Of a stretch of DNA of 64,000 bases, positions 45,419 through 56,007 are shown piece after piece; position 1 is the first letter of the stretch; each line of letters begins with the position of its first letter. The stretch is taken from positions 11,345-75,344 of the forward strand of contig JAZNAL010000026.1 of NCBI GenBank assembly GCA_045586505.1, in the 5' to 3' direction. The position numbers and the translations under genes were made by a program. The DNA comes from Candidatus Flemingiibacterium sp. Its GTDB lineage: Bacteria > Bacillota > Clostridia > Oscillospirales > CAG-272. The notes beneath the pieces are model-generated. The model had not been told where the DNA came from. It ran no database searches and was given only the letters and a program-made list of their open reading frames with translations.

Positions 45419-46696
45419 TTACTTTTCCCATTCCCACGTGGCACCGTTATCGCGAGAAATATAGTTTCTTGCCGCATCACCGTATATTATCGGAATAACG
45501 ACGCATCCATCCCGAGAATATGCCATATCGGCATATGCGCCGGAATCGGAAACGCCCTTCGGCGGAACGATATCCATAAGATCCCAATTGTGTCCGCCGT
45601 CGCGGGTGATGTACACATTGGGATTCTTTCCTTCGCGGGCGATGAATGAGATAAAGCCAAGCTCGTCGTCAATAAGCCCTCCGGCGTGGAGTCCATCTGT
45701 GCGATAATTGAGCAGCTTAAAGTTACGCCGCTTCTCCCAGGTCACACCGCCGTCCTCCGTAACATAGAAGAACACCTCACAGCGCGGCGTGGAAAGTATC
45801 ACGGAGCCTCGCGTATCATTGATCATGTTAAGCTCCAGTGAGGTCGGCTCATAAACGAGAGCGGTAGTAGTCGGTGTATAGTCAAGCGAAAAGGATGTCC
45901 ATGTTATACCGCCGTCCTTTGATGCGTAAGCAAGCGCATCTATCCAGTCTCCGTCGACATACTCGCCGTTATTTTCCCGTATCACCAGTACGATGCTGTC
46001 GCCGTCAATATAAAAGTCGCACAGATCGCTGAATCCGGTTAAATCGTAGCAGAACATCGCAGGAGTCGCTATAACAGGCTCTCCCGCTTTGACAAGCTGA
46101 ATATACCCGCGTGTATCAACAGTCGCCGTATACTCCGAAAAATCGTTGCCGGAAGGTTCACTGCGGCTGTGGAGATAGGTATCTCCGACAAACGGTCTTG
46201 GCGCAAAGCCCACACCGCTTGCAGCATCGTAGCTGAAGAAGAAGTTGCAGCCGCCGCAGACGGTATTATCATTTCTGCCGCTTTCAAGCGATACATACGA
46301 ATGGTATTCTGCGAGCACTGTGACAACACCGCGTCCGTCTGCATAATCACCGTGATCGACCATATCAGTTATACAGATCACCAGCGGTTCACCATACAAC
46401 CCGGTGTAGTATTCCGCAAGATAAGAAGCAAACGCTTCAATATCAAGAGCACCGTCAAGGGTGTATCTGTTAATATACGGCGCGGTCAGTATGACAGAAC
46501 ACGGTTCAGGGTCAGGTGCCTGCGTTTCCACAGGCGGAACGGTCTCATTTTGTGCTTCGGGGGGTGTCACGGTGTTTACCAAAAACAGCGGTGCGCTGTC
46601 GGTATCGGTGTCCACCTCATCATTAACAGTGCGGCATGATGCTATAAGGGGGCAAAGTATGCAGACAAGCAGTACCAATGCAAAATGCTTTTTCAT
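45419..46696 (-). CDS. BNR/Asp-box repeat lipoprotein (sialidase-fold or Ycf48-like beta-propeller)
   Basis: GAGGAGG lies upstream of ATG 46696. The lipobox is PLIASC. There are four Asp-box repeats (SxDxGxTW): SKDGGITW, TEDGGVTW, TRDGGHNW and SRDNGATW. Confidence 0.7.
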   Translation of the reverse strand: MKKHFALVLLVCILCPLIASCRTVNDEVDTDTDSAPLFLVNTVTPPEAQNETVPPVETQAPDPEPCSVILTAPYINRYTLDGALDIEAFASYLAEYYTGLYGEPLVICITDMVDHGDYADGRGVVTVLAEYHSYVSLESGRNDNTVCGGCNFFFSYDAASGVGFAPRPFVGDTYLHSRSEPSGNDFSEYTATVDTRGYIQLVKAGEPVIATPAMFCYDLTGFSDLCDFYIDGDSIVLVIRENNGEYVDGDWIDALAYASKDGGITWTSFSLDYTPTTTALVYEPTSLELNMINDTRGSVILSTPRCEVFFYVTEDGGVTWEKRRNFKLLNYRTDGLHAGGLIDDELGFISFIAREGKNPNVYITRDGGHNWDLMDIVPPKGVSDSGAYADMAYSRDGCVVIPIIYGDAARNYISRDNGATWEWEK

Positions 46697-46951
46697 AATG
46701 TATAACCTCCTCACGGAATCTTTTACACTGTGTTTGACGAAAAAGCACTCAAAAAGTTCCGTTGCTTTCACATTGTTTTCCATTACAGTTATATCTGCAT
46801 ATATCAGGGAATGCGTTTGCAGGGATACAACCGGCACCTTTAAACAGCACGAGATCTTCCCTGCAGGTTATATAATCACCGACGTTTCAGGCGGCAATTC
46901 CCGCCCTATATCCGCTGTACGCCATAGCTCGTTTTTCTTGTACAAGCTGTA

Positions 46952-49243
46952 TCAGTTGCCTGCCTTGTAGTAGTTGATAAGACAGCCGCAGAGGATAATA
47001 GTGCGCTCGTCATCGGTAAGCTCGCCCATCTTCAGGGTGATCGCCTTGACGGAGCCGTCGCTCTTTATGATATATGCGGGGAACTCATACTTCGCCGCTT
47101 CAACAGCCCCACGGATATCCGGTACATAGATGTGATCGCCTACCGCAAAAACGTCTGCACTTTCGTAGAGGAACGGAAGCATACCCCAGTTGATAAGGTT
47201 GGAGCGATAGCGCTTGGTTGCGTATTCGACAGCGATGTTAGCCCAGCCTCCGAGCACCTTCTGGCAGGATGCCGCCTGCTCACGCGCGGAGCCGTCACCG
47301 GGCTTGTTGGCGTATACCACGCTTCCGATGCCCACATTCTTCGAATCAACCCCAGGCTTGATCTCACGGAGCTTTGCAAATACAGGAGCAAGCTCGCCCG
47401 CGTCGGTATTCTCGCCGTTCTGTCTTGCCTTCTCGAAGGTCTGCACCGCCTTGGCACGTCCAACATAGGCAGGATCCTTTCGGGAGAGTGCGAACTCGGA
47501 CAGCTTTAAGGGATTGGAGCGATAGGACGATGTCTCACCCGAGGGGATAAGCTCGTCGGTGGTAGTTACGGGGTCAGTGATGACCGATGCCACGCGAAGG
47601 AGCAGATCCTCAGTCAGCTCGGACATTACAGGCCAGTCGGCGATGTTGGGACCGATCACAAGGTCTGCCGCTGTATCCGCCTTTCCGTAGCCCTTGTACA
47701 CGCGGTGATCGTATACGGTAGAATCAAATTTATAATTGGGTGTGGTGTATTCCACCTCGATCTCGGTTGCGGGAGTGAGGATACCACCGTTACGCGCGGT
47801 TGCCGCGATGGAACGCGCATCCATAAGCGCTACTGCCGCGATCTGACCGTTTCCGGGCTTTGAGCCCTCGCGGTTGGGGAAGTTTCTGGTAGAATGACGG
47901 ATGGAGAGACCGCCATTCGCGGGAACGTCACCCGCACCGAAGCAGGGACCGCAGAATGCGGTTCTGAGCGTCACGCCCGCTTCCATCAACTTCGCCGCCG
48001 AGCCGTTTCTGACAAGCTCAATATATGCGGGCTGGCTTGCGGGATATGCGGAAAGGTTAAACGCACCGCATCCGGTGGACTGCCCCGCCAGAATATCCGC
48101 CGCCGCAACAAGGTTATCAAACGTACCGCCGGCACAGCCTGCGATAACGCCCTGATCCACCTTTACGCCGTCCTTTGTGATCTTATCGGTAAGCGAGAGC
48201 TTGATGTTCGGATTGTCGAGCTGTTCAGCTACACTGAGTTCTACCTCGCGGAGAATATCCGCCGCATTGTCGATAAGATTTCTTACGGTATAGGTGTTTG
48301 ACGGATGGAACGGAAGCGCAATCATAGGCTCAACGCTCGAAAGATCCACCTTTACCACGCCGTCATAGTATGCAAGCGAGCCGGGAGCCAGCTTCTTGTA
48401 ATCGTCGGATCTGCCGTGGAGATCAAAATAGCGCTTGGTCTCTTCATCGGTCACCCAGATCGATGAGAGGCAGGTTGTCTCGGTAGTCATAACATCGATT
48501 CCGTTACGGAATTCGATGGGCAGGCTTGCAATACCGTCACCCACAAATTCCAGCACCTTGTTTTTAACAAAGCCGTTCTTGAATACCGCGCCGATTATCG
48601 CCAGCGCCACGTCCTGCGGACCGACACCGATCTTGGGCTTGCCGGTCATATGCACCGCGATCACCTCGGGGCGCTTAATGTCGTAGGTGCGGCAGAGGAG
48701 CTGCTTTACAAGCTCGGGACCGCCCTCACCGATCGCCATGGTACCAAGTGCACCGTAGCGGGTATGGGAGTGGGAGCCGAGGATCATGCGTCCGCACCCG
48801 CTCATCATCTCACGCATATAGGAATGGATGACCGCGATATGTGCGGGAACGTAGATGCCGCCGTACTTCTTCGCCGCGGACAAACCGAATACATGGTCGT
48901 CCTCGTTGATGGTACCGCCGACAGCGCAGAGGCTGTTATGGCAGTTGGTCAGAACATAGGGAATCGGGAATTTTTCAAGTCCGCTTGCACGAGCGGTCTG
49001 AATGATGCCGACATAGGTTATATCATGAGATGCCATCGCGTCGAATCTGATGCGAAGATCCTCGTCGTTCTTACCTGTATTGTGAGCGGTAAGTATCTCG
49101 TACGCCATAGTGTTTTTCGCGGCTTCTTCCTTGGAAATGCCGTCCTTGCCCAGCGCCGCAAGCTGTGATGCGGCATTGGCGTCGTCTTCGATGATCGTAT
49201 TGCCGTATGCGAGATATGCGCCGCCGTGTATGAGTTCTACCAT
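46952..49243 (-). CDS. Aconitase-family Fe-S hydro-lyase (aconitate hydratase)
   Basis: GGAGG lies 9 nt upstream. Aconitase-type blocks are [12 protein letters not shown] (DSHT-like), CGPCFGAGD (cluster Cys pair), [15 protein letters not shown], and [10 protein letters not shown] in the swivel domain. Confidence 0.8.
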   Translation of the reverse strand: MVELIHGGAYLAYGNTIIEDDANAASQLAALGKDGISKEEAAKNTMAYEILTAHNTGKNDEDLRIRFDAMASHDITYVGIIQTARASGLEKFPIPYVLTNCHNSLCAVGGTINEDDHVFGLSAAKKYGGIYVPAHIAVIHSYMREMMSGCGRMILGSHSHTRYGALGTMAIGEGGPELVKQLLCRTYDIKRPEVIAVHMTGKPKIGVGPQDVALAIIGAVFKNGFVKNKVLEFVGDGIASLPIEFRNGIDVMTTETTCLSSIWVTDEETKRYFDLHGRSDDYKKLAPGSLAYYDGVVKVDLSSVEPMIALPFHPSNTYTVRNLIDNAADILREVELSVAEQLDNPNIKLSLTDKITKDGVKVDQGVIAGCAGGTFDNLVAAADILAGQSTGCGAFNLSAYPASQPAYIELVRNGSAAKLMEAGVTLRTAFCGPCFGAGDVPANGGLSIRHSTRNFPNREGSKPGNGQIAAVALMDARSIAATARNGGILTPATEIEVEYTTPNYKFDSTVYDHRVYKGYGKADTAADLVIGPNIADWPVMSELTEDLLLRVASVITDPVTTTDELIPSGETSSYRSNPLKLSEFALSRKDPAYVGRAKAVQTFEKARQNGENTDAGELAPVFAKLREIKPGVDSKNVGIGSVVYANKPGDGSAREQAASCQKVLGGWANIAVEYATKRYRSNLINWGMLPFLYESADVFAVGDHIYVPDIRGAVEAAKYEFPAYIIKSDGSVKAITLKMGELTDDERTIILCGCLINYYKAGN

Positions 49244-49269
49244 GTTAATTGTCCTCCAAAATGGAATTT

Positions 49270-49292
49270 TATCATATTACTATAATATGATA
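49270..49292. promoter_or_regulatory. Perfect 10-bp inverted repeat (TATCATATTA-CTA-TAATATGATA) overlapping the aconitase -10 and start site
   Basis: I read the arms directly at 49270-49279 and 49283-49292, and they are exact reverse complements. The minus-strand -10 TATCAT is at 49292-49287. Confidence 0.6.
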
Positions 49293-49315
49293 CCACGAAA
49301 ATATGAATATTTCAA
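49287..49315 (-). promoter_or_regulatory. Sigma-A promoter of the aconitase gene
   Basis: On the minus strand: TTGAAA (49315-49310), a 17-nt spacer, then TATCAT (49292-49287) with an extended TG. Confidence 0.6.
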
Positions 49316-49456
49316 TATATTATTGATAGGTTTCCGCATCTTGCACGAAAAAAATCACAATTTGGCAAAGAAATTTACAAAAGAGCCTTTATATTTGCTC
49401 CGACATATGATAAAATATTAGTAATGAATATTATTATCACTACATCGGAGGACAAA

Positions 49457-49831
49457 ATGGCAAAATACAGACGCGGCAGAATAAACGAAGAAATGGCAAA
49501 AGAGCTCTCGAACATTCTGCGTGAAATAAAAGACCCCCGCGTGTCGGACGCTTTTGTAAGCGTCACAGCGGCGGATGTTACACCCGATCTTAAATTCGCA
49601 AAGATCTACTATTCCGTGATGAGCGGTGACTCTAAGGAGGTCGGCAAGGGCTTGAAAAGCGCTTCCGGTTATATCCGTAAGCGACTCGCTGAGACTCTGA
49701 ATCTCCGTCAGACTCCAGAGCTTTCCTTCATCACCGACGATTCAATAGCATACGGAGCACATATCAACTCGCTGCTTAACAAGATCGAATTTACCGATAT
49801 TTCCGAGGATGAGGAGCAGGAAGATGAGTGA
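49457..49831 (+). CDS. rbfA: Ribosome-binding factor A
   Basis: GGAGG lies 6 nt upstream of ATG 49457. MAKYRRGRINEEMAKELSNILREIKDPRV is a typical RbfA N-terminus. The protein has an acidic C-terminal tail. Confidence 0.9.
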   Translation: MAKYRRGRINEEMAKELSNILREIKDPRVSDAFVSVTAADVTPDLKFAKIYYSVMSGDSKEVGKGLKSASGYIRKRLAETLNLRQTPELSFITDDSIAYGAHINSLLNKIEFTDISEDEEQEDE

Positions 49832-50864
49832 GCTTTCAAACATCACTTTTTCCGAGGTATGCGACCGGCTTGAAGCGGCGCAGAATGTACTCATTCTCAC
49901 CCATATGCGCCCCGACGGAGATACTCTCGGATGCGCGTTTGCACTGCGCACACTGCTCCGCTCCCTCGGCAAGCGTGCCGAGGTCATAAACCCGGATGAA
50001 GCCGTTCCGAAACGGATCAACTTCATCTTCGGCGTGGATTCATTGCGTCCGGAAACTCTTCCCGCGGATTTCACCCCCGAATACATTCTTTCCGTAGACG
50101 TTTCCACCTCCAAGCTACTCGATAACTTAGAGGCGGAATACGGCGACAAGGTAGACCTTGCTATCGACCATCACGAGCTGGGCGTGCCCTTTGCAAAGGA
50201 AACCTACGTTGGCGATACCGGTGCCTGCGGCGAGATCATCGTCGACATTTTTAATGAGTTCAGATCCCGCGGGTACGACCTGCTTGATCGCGGGGCAGCC
50301 ACCGCGCTCTGGGCGGCGATCTGTACCGATACGGGCAGCTTCAAATACGAAGCTGTAACCTCTGAGACTCATATGCGAATTGCGGAGCTTCACCGTGTGG
50401 GCATAAACCATTCCGAGATCGCACGCCGTATCTACGATTCCCGTCCCATCTCCCAGATACGTGCCACCCGTGCGGCTTTGAATGCTCTGCATTTTTACAA
50501 CAACAGCCGCGTGGCTGTCATCAACTTCACCCACGCGATGATGATCGAAAACGATGTGTCGCGGGAGGACATTGAGGATATCATCTCCATCACCCGCGGA
50601 ATTGAGGGAGTGGAAATCGGAATGACCATCAAGCAAAGTCCCGAGCATCCTACGCTTTACAAGGTCTCCATGCGTTCAAACCGCGTGGCTGACGTGGCAA
50701 AGCTCTGCGCTGTATTTGGCGGGGGCGGTCACAAGCGCGCGGCGGGCTGTACGCTGAACGCCGAAAACGAAAAGCTCGCCGAGGCGGCGCTTATGGAGGT
50801 TATCGAGCGCGAGCTTTCCCAGCTTGACGCGGCGGGAGCCTTTGAAGGAGCGGATGCGCTATGA
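49824..50864 (+). CDS. nrnA: DHH/DHHA1 phosphoesterase (NrnA-type oligoribonuclease / pAp phosphatase)
   Basis: The start overlaps the rbfA stop in ATGAGTGA. DHH-family motifs are present: THMRPDGDTLG, DHH in AIDHHE, and GGGH in FGGGGHKRAAG. Confidence 0.85.
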   Translation: MSELSNITFSEVCDRLEAAQNVLILTHMRPDGDTLGCAFALRTLLRSLGKRAEVINPDEAVPKRINFIFGVDSLRPETLPADFTPEYILSVDVSTSKLLDNLEAEYGDKVDLAIDHHELGVPFAKETYVGDTGACGEIIVDIFNEFRSRGYDLLDRGAATALWAAICTDTGSFKYEAVTSETHMRIAELHRVGINHSEIARRIYDSRPISQIRATRAALNALHFYNNSRVAVINFTHAMMIENDVSREDIEDIISITRGIEGVEIGMTIKQSPEHPTLYKVSMRSNRVADVAKLCAVFGGGGHKRAAGCTLNAENEKLAEAALMEVIERELSQLDAAGAFEGADAL

Positions 50865-51763
50865 CCGAGCCTTCGGGAGTTATACTTTTAAACAAGCCCG
50901 AAGGGCTTACATCCCACGACTGCGTCATGCGTATGCGCCGACTGTTCGGCACCAAAAAGGTTGGCCACACGGGCACGCTTGACCCTATGGCCACCGGCGT
51001 TCTGCCCATTCTCATCGGCAGAGCTACCAAAGCCGCCGATCTGCTGGTTTCCGACAGCAAAAAATACCGCGCCGGACTGCGACTCGGCATCACCACCGAT
51101 ACCGAGGATACCTCAGGTGAGGTACTGACCAAGGCCGATTGCGTTCCGCCGGCGGAGGAAGTATTCCGCGTCTGCCGCGGGTTTACGGGCGACATCATGC
51201 AGGTACCGCCTATGTATTCGGCGCTGAAGGTCGACGGGCAGAAGCTTGTGGACCTTGCACGACGCGGCGTCAGCATCGAGCGGGAAGCACGTCCCGTGAC
51301 GGTACATTCGCTGGATGTCACGGAAGGTTCTACCGAACGGAATTATATTCTGACAGTTCACTGCTCCAAGGGTACATACATCCGCACGCTCTGCGCCGAT
51401 ATCGGAGCCGCGCTCGGATGCGGCGGCGCCATGAGTTCCCTTACCCGTCTCGCAAGCGGCAATTTTGAGCTTGACGCCTGCACCACGCTTGATACGCTGG
51501 ATGATATGAGCATGGATGAACGGTATTCATTGCTTTTACCCATTGAATCGCTGTTTTCAGATCTGCCGTCTGTAAAGCTTCCGCCATTCTTCGAAAAGTT
51601 GTCCCGCGACGGCAATGAGATATATCAGAAAAAGATAGGCACAAAATATTCCCAGGGTACACGTCTGCGTCTTATCGGCAAGAACGGCTTCTATGCTCTT
51701 GCCGAGGTACGCGACTATCAAGACGGCTCGGCTATCAAGGTTATAAAGCTGTTCTCTTTGTGA
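50861..51763 (+). CDS. truB: tRNA pseudouridine(55) synthase
   Basis: The start overlaps the upstream stop in an ATGA. GVILLNKPEGLTSHD...KVGHTGTLDPMATGVLPI contains the catalytic Asp motif. Confidence 0.93.
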   Translation: MTEPSGVILLNKPEGLTSHDCVMRMRRLFGTKKVGHTGTLDPMATGVLPILIGRATKAADLLVSDSKKYRAGLRLGITTDTEDTSGEVLTKADCVPPAEEVFRVCRGFTGDIMQVPPMYSALKVDGQKLVDLARRGVSIEREARPVTVHSLDVTEGSTERNYILTVHCSKGTYIRTLCADIGAALGCGGAMSSLTRLASGNFELDACTTLDTLDDMSMDERYSLLLPIESLFSDLPSVKLPPFFEKLSRDGNEIYQKKIGTKYSQGTRLRLIGKNGFYALAEVRDYQDGSAIKVIKLFSL

Positions 51764-51770
51764 GGTAACG

Positions 51771-52571
51771 ATGGCATTTAAGCTCATTACCGCCGACAAC
51801 GGCGTAAAATACTTAAGCTCCGACAAGATCAAAGCCGCACACGGCTTTGCCACCCGCATAGGCGGTATCAGCCGCGAGGCGCACACCGAATCGCTCAACC
51901 TCGCCTTCGGGCGCGGTGATGCTGATGACACGGTGCTTGAAAACCTCCATCTGTTCGGGCAAGCGCTTGATATCCCGCCGGAGAGTATCATCAGTCGGCA
52001 TCAGGTACACTCTGCTCGTGTGGTTTACGCCGACAAGTCCATGTGCGGCGAAGGATATTTTAAAGACACCACCGAAGAATGCGACGGATACGTCACCGAT
52101 GTACCCGGTATCGCCCTCGGGGTCAAGACCGCCGACTGTGTTCCGATACTGTTCTGCGACTTTGACGCAGGGGTTATTGGAGCGGTACACGCAGGCTGGC
52201 GCGGCACCGCGTCCGGTATTGCGGCAGAATGTGTCAAAAAAATGTGCGCACTCGGTGCAGACGCCAAAAGCATCTGCGCGGCGATCGGTGCGGCGATACA
52301 TTTCTGCTGTTATGAAGTAGGCGAGGATTTCCGTGAGTCGGTTACCCGACTTGCGGGTGCCGATTTGACGCATGAATTTATCAAAGAGCACAACGGCACG
52401 CTTCACGCGGATGTCGTAGGTATGAACCGCCACCTTCTGCTGGAAGCGAGTATCTGTGCCCAGAATATCGACATTTCGGAGTTGTGCACCTGCTGTCATC
52501 CGGAGCTGTTTTTCTCACATCGCTATTCACACGGAAAACGCGGCACCATGCTTTCTGTGATCTCGCTTTAG
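51771..52571 (+). CDS. pgeF: PgeF/YfiH (DUF152, laccase-domain) peptidoglycan editing factor family protein
   Basis: The family blocks are all present: HGFATRIGGIS, QVHSARVV, ADCVPILF, VHAGWRGT and CTCCHPELFFSHR. Confidence 0.85.
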   Translation: MAFKLITADNGVKYLSSDKIKAAHGFATRIGGISREAHTESLNLAFGRGDADDTVLENLHLFGQALDIPPESIISRHQVHSARVVYADKSMCGEGYFKDTTEECDGYVTDVPGIALGVKTADCVPILFCDFDAGVIGAVHAGWRGTASGIAAECVKKMCALGADAKSICAAIGAAIHFCCYEVGEDFRESVTRLAGADLTHEFIKEHNGTLHADVVGMNRHLLLEASICAQNIDISELCTCCHPELFFSHRYSHGKRGTMLSVISL

Positions 52572-52708
52572 CCGTAGCATTTTGCCTGTGTGTGACAGCT
52601 TTGTGAAATTTTCAGTATTAAAGTGACGGTTAGCGGAAACTTTTCCGATTTATTATGTCAGCGACGCGATTGTTCAAGATTTATTCAAATAATTATGGTA
52701 TACTTTTG

Positions 52709-52742
52709 TCGTGCCTTTACAAGGCACGATGGCTTTTTGTTT
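52709..52742 (+). terminator. Intrinsic terminator downstream of rbfA-nrnA-truB-pgeF
   Basis: TCGTGCC-tttacaa-GGCACGA is followed by TGGCTTTTTGTTT. It lies about 140 nt after the pgeF stop. Confidence 0.6.
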
Positions 52743-52786
52743 GGCATTGTCATAAATAACACCAAAATATATGGGGGGAAAAACCA

Positions 52787-53806
52787 ATGATAGAAGTTAA
52801 AAACCTGGTCAAACGGTTTGGAAGCAAATACGCCGTCGATGACATCACATTCTCCATCGGCAAGGGCGAAATAGTGGGCTTCCTCGGACCGAACGGTGCG
52901 GGAAAATCCACCACCATGAATATCATTACAGGATATATGTCATCCACTCTCGGCACCGCTGAGATCGGCGGTATCAACATTTTAGAGAATCCGATGGAAG
53001 CAAAAAAGCTCATCGGCTATCTGCCCGAGCAGCCGCCGCTTTACCTTGACATGACCGTCCGCGAGTACCTTAATTTCGTGTACGATCTCAAGAGCTGCCG
53101 TCTGAACCGCAAGAAGCATCTTGAGGAGATCTGCCGCGTTGTCAAGATAATCGATGATTACAACAAAAACCGTCTTATTAAAAACCTTTCCAAGGGCTAT
53201 AGACAGCGTGTGGGCATCGCACAGTCACTGGTTGGCAATCCCGCAGTCATCATTCTGGACGAGCCTACCGTTGGTCTCGACCCGAAGGAGATCATCGAGA
53301 TCCGTTCGCTCATTAGAACACTGGGTGAGACTCACACCGTTATCCTCTCCACACATATTCTTACCGAGGTACAGGCAGTCTGTGACCGAATACTTATTAT
53401 AAACTCCGGCAAGCTGATTGCCGACGAAAAGACTGAAAGCATCATAAATATGCTGGAGGGCAGTCTCCGTCTCAACGCACGCATCTGCGGTCCTCAGCGT
53501 GACATTCTGCGCGAGCTTCGTGCACTTCCCGAGGTCACCCGTGCTGAGGCGGTAGGAGAACGCGAAAACGACAGCTTTATTTACGCCATCGAAAGCAGTG
53601 CGGGCGTGGATATCAGAAAGCCGCTGTTCTTCATGCTGGCTAAAAACAACTGGCCGCTTATCGGTCTTGAATCTCAGGGTACCAACCTTGAGGATATCTT
53701 CATCTCGCTTGTGGACAAGAAGGAGCAGGCTCCCAAAAAATCCCGCGAGGTACCGCAGTTTGATATCAAGCTGCCCGAATCTGAAAATAAGGAGGAAGAA
53801 AACTGA
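52787..53806 (+). CDS. ABC transporter ATP-binding protein (ABC-2/GldA-like subfamily) with a C-terminal extension
   Basis: GGGGGG/GGAAAA is the RBS. Walker A is GPNGAGKST, the signature is LSKGYRQR, and Walker B is VIILDEPTVGLD. The acidic tail ends ESENKEEEN. Confidence 0.88.
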   Translation: MIEVKNLVKRFGSKYAVDDITFSIGKGEIVGFLGPNGAGKSTTMNIITGYMSSTLGTAEIGGINILENPMEAKKLIGYLPEQPPLYLDMTVREYLNFVYDLKSCRLNRKKHLEEICRVVKIIDDYNKNRLIKNLSKGYRQRVGIAQSLVGNPAVIILDEPTVGLDPKEIIEIRSLIRTLGETHTVILSTHILTEVQAVCDRILIINSGKLIADEKTESIINMLEGSLRLNARICGPQRDILRELRALPEVTRAEAVGERENDSFIYAIESSAGVDIRKPLFFMLAKNNWPLIGLESQGTNLEDIFISLVDKKEQAPKKSREVPQFDIKLPESENKEEEN

Positions 53807-54516
53807 TGTTAGCTATATACAAGCGTGAGATGCAGGCGTATTTCACCTCACCCGTCGGTTATGTATTTATGGCTATGTTCCTTGCGGTCAACGCGTTTAT
53901 TTTCGCATTCTGCACCCTCCTTATGGGCACTGGCAGCAGTGTATCAACTTATTTTACCTTCGTTATGTGGGCATTTATTGTACTTGTTCCCATACTTACC
54001 ATGAAGCTCTTCTCCGAGGAGCGCAGAACGCGCACCGAACAGCTCTTACTCACCTCCCCCATCAGTCTTATGGGTATGGTAGCCGGCAAATTCTTTGCCG
54101 CATTCACCATGTTTGCAGGCACCTTCGTGGTAGGAAGTCTCATCAACTTCTCTCTGCTGTACAAGTACGGCACCCCCAACACCGCAACACTTATATCAAA
54201 CTCCGTGGGCATTCTGCTTATCGGTGCGGCATTTATCGCCATCGGTCTTTTTATCTCGGCGCTGACCGAGAATCAGATCGTAGCCGCTGTGGGCACCATC
54301 GGTATCATTCTCTTCATGCTGGTCGTGGGCTTCCTCTCCAGCTTTATCGATGTATATGCCATCAGAGTAGCCCTTACCTGGATTTCCGTATTCAGCCGCT
54401 ACAGCAATTTCAGCTACGGCATACTTGATATAGCATCACTGCTCTACTACTTCTCAATTTGCTTCATTTTCATGTTCCTCACCGTGCGCGTCTACGAAAA
54501 GCGCCGCTGGTCGTGA
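53806..54516 (+). CDS. ABC-2 type permease (GldF-like)
   Basis: The start overlaps the upstream stop in TGATG. The protein has six predicted TM helices and starts MLAIYKREMQAYFTSPVGYVF, as is typical of ABC-2 permeases. Confidence 0.8.
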   Translation: MLAIYKREMQAYFTSPVGYVFMAMFLAVNAFIFAFCTLLMGTGSSVSTYFTFVMWAFIVLVPILTMKLFSEERRTRTEQLLLTSPISLMGMVAGKFFAAFTMFAGTFVVGSLINFSLLYKYGTPNTATLISNSVGILLIGAAFIAIGLFISALTENQIVAAVGTIGIILFMLVVGFLSSFIDVYAIRVALTWISVFSRYSNFSYGILDIASLLYYFSICFIFMFLTVRVYEKRRWS

Positions 54517-54537
54517 TACGGAAGGGAGGAATTTTTA

Positions 54538-56007
54538 ATGAATAAAAGCCAGAAAGCCCTTGAAGTGGGCAAGAAAGTCAAGCACGGCTCCTTATCCATA
54601 CTGCTTACTGTGGTGGTTATCGCCGCCGTGGTCATCGTAAACGTAATTTTCTCGGCGCTGGCATACAAGAAAAACTGGTATGTCGACCTCACCACCGAGG
54701 GCATCTACGGTCTCTCCGATGCCGGACGCGCGATGCTGGATGAAATACAAGCGGACATAAAGATCCACTTCTGCGCCCCCTATGATACGCTTGAATCAAA
54801 TGCCCCACAGAAGATGGTATTCGAGCTTGTTAAGGAAATGGCGTCCGAGTACGACAACATCACCTACGACACACTCGATCCCGTAAAGAATCCCTCCTCG
54901 GTCATCAAGTACAAAAACTCCGTGTCGGATTCCATCAACTCGCAGACCGTCATTGTTGAAAGCGGCTCCGAGTTCCGCGTATTCGCACTGGAAGCGCTGT
55001 TTATGTTAGATACCGACACCTCTACTGTATGGGCGTTCAACGGCGAAAAGAAGCTGATAACCGCTATGGTACAGTGCACTCAGGCCGAGACCCCCATCGC
55101 GTACTTCACCCACACTCACGGTGAGTCCATCTCCAGTACCATGTACCAACTGTTCTATGATGCGGGCTACGAGCTTCGCACCATCGACCTCACCAAGGAG
55201 GAGTTCCATGAGGACGGCAGACTGCTGGTCATCTCCAACCCTCTCTATGACTTCGAGGGCATTTCCGAAGCAACCGCAGGCAGAAAGTCCGAGATCGAAA
55301 AGATCGACGATTTCCTTGACGGCTTCGGCAACCTGATGGTATTCATGGATCCCGACACCGAGCACCTTCCCGAGCTTGAGGCGTTTCTTGTGGAATGGGG
55401 TATCGAATTTGACGATTCCGTGCTGAGAGATCCCTCGAACTCCATCGACACCAATCACTACGCGCTGTCCGGTCAGTATTCTCTCGAGGAGGATTCCCTC
55501 GGTGCTTCGCTTGTCAGCGATATCATCTCCGTGGGCACCGTTCCCAAGACAATCGTAAACTACGCAAGCCCCATCAATCTGCTTTGGGACTACAACAACA
55601 ACCGTCAAACCTCCACCGCTATCTACACCTCTGACAAAGCACAGAAATATGTGGACGGCAAGGTCGTCGAGGAGGGACGGTTCCCGCTGGTTGCACTCAG
55701 CTGCGAGACTCGCTATATTGACAACACCCCCCATCACTCCTATGTATTCGCCATCGGCTCCAAATACTTCACCGCCGACATCTTCCTCAGCCCCACATAC
55801 GCAAACAGCGATATCATCTACACGATGATGCGCGCTATGGGTAAGGTACAGGTGCCGATCGACCTTAATTTCAAGGTGTTCGAGGATGAATCCCTTGATA
55901 TACTCGAATCCGAGGCAGGCGCATGGACTTGGGCACTTGCTGTCGCTGTTCCCGCGGTTGTTTTTGGCACCGGTATAATTATCTGGATCAGGAGAAAACA
56001 CGCATGA
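54538..56007 (+). CDS. GldG-like ABC-transporter auxiliary protein
   Basis: GGGAGG is the RBS. N- and C-terminal TM anchors flank a large extracytoplasmic domain. Its position directly after the ABC-2 ATPase/permease pair matches GldG-family synteny. Confidence 0.65.
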   Translation: MNKSQKALEVGKKVKHGSLSILLTVVVIAAVVIVNVIFSALAYKKNWYVDLTTEGIYGLSDAGRAMLDEIQADIKIHFCAPYDTLESNAPQKMVFELVKEMASEYDNITYDTLDPVKNPSSVIKYKNSVSDSINSQTVIVESGSEFRVFALEALFMLDTDTSTVWAFNGEKKLITAMVQCTQAETPIAYFTHTHGESISSTMYQLFYDAGYELRTIDLTKEEFHEDGRLLVISNPLYDFEGISEATAGRKSEIEKIDDFLDGFGNLMVFMDPDTEHLPELEAFLVEWGIEFDDSVLRDPSNSIDTNHYALSGQYSLEEDSLGASLVSDIISVGTVPKTIVNYASPINLLWDYNNNRQTSTAIYTSDKAQKYVDGKVVEEGRFPLVALSCETRYIDNTPHHSYVFAIGSKYFTADIFLSPTYANSDIIYTMMRAMGKVQVPIDLNFKVFEDESLDILESEAGAWTWALAVAVPAVVFGTGIIIWIRRKHA

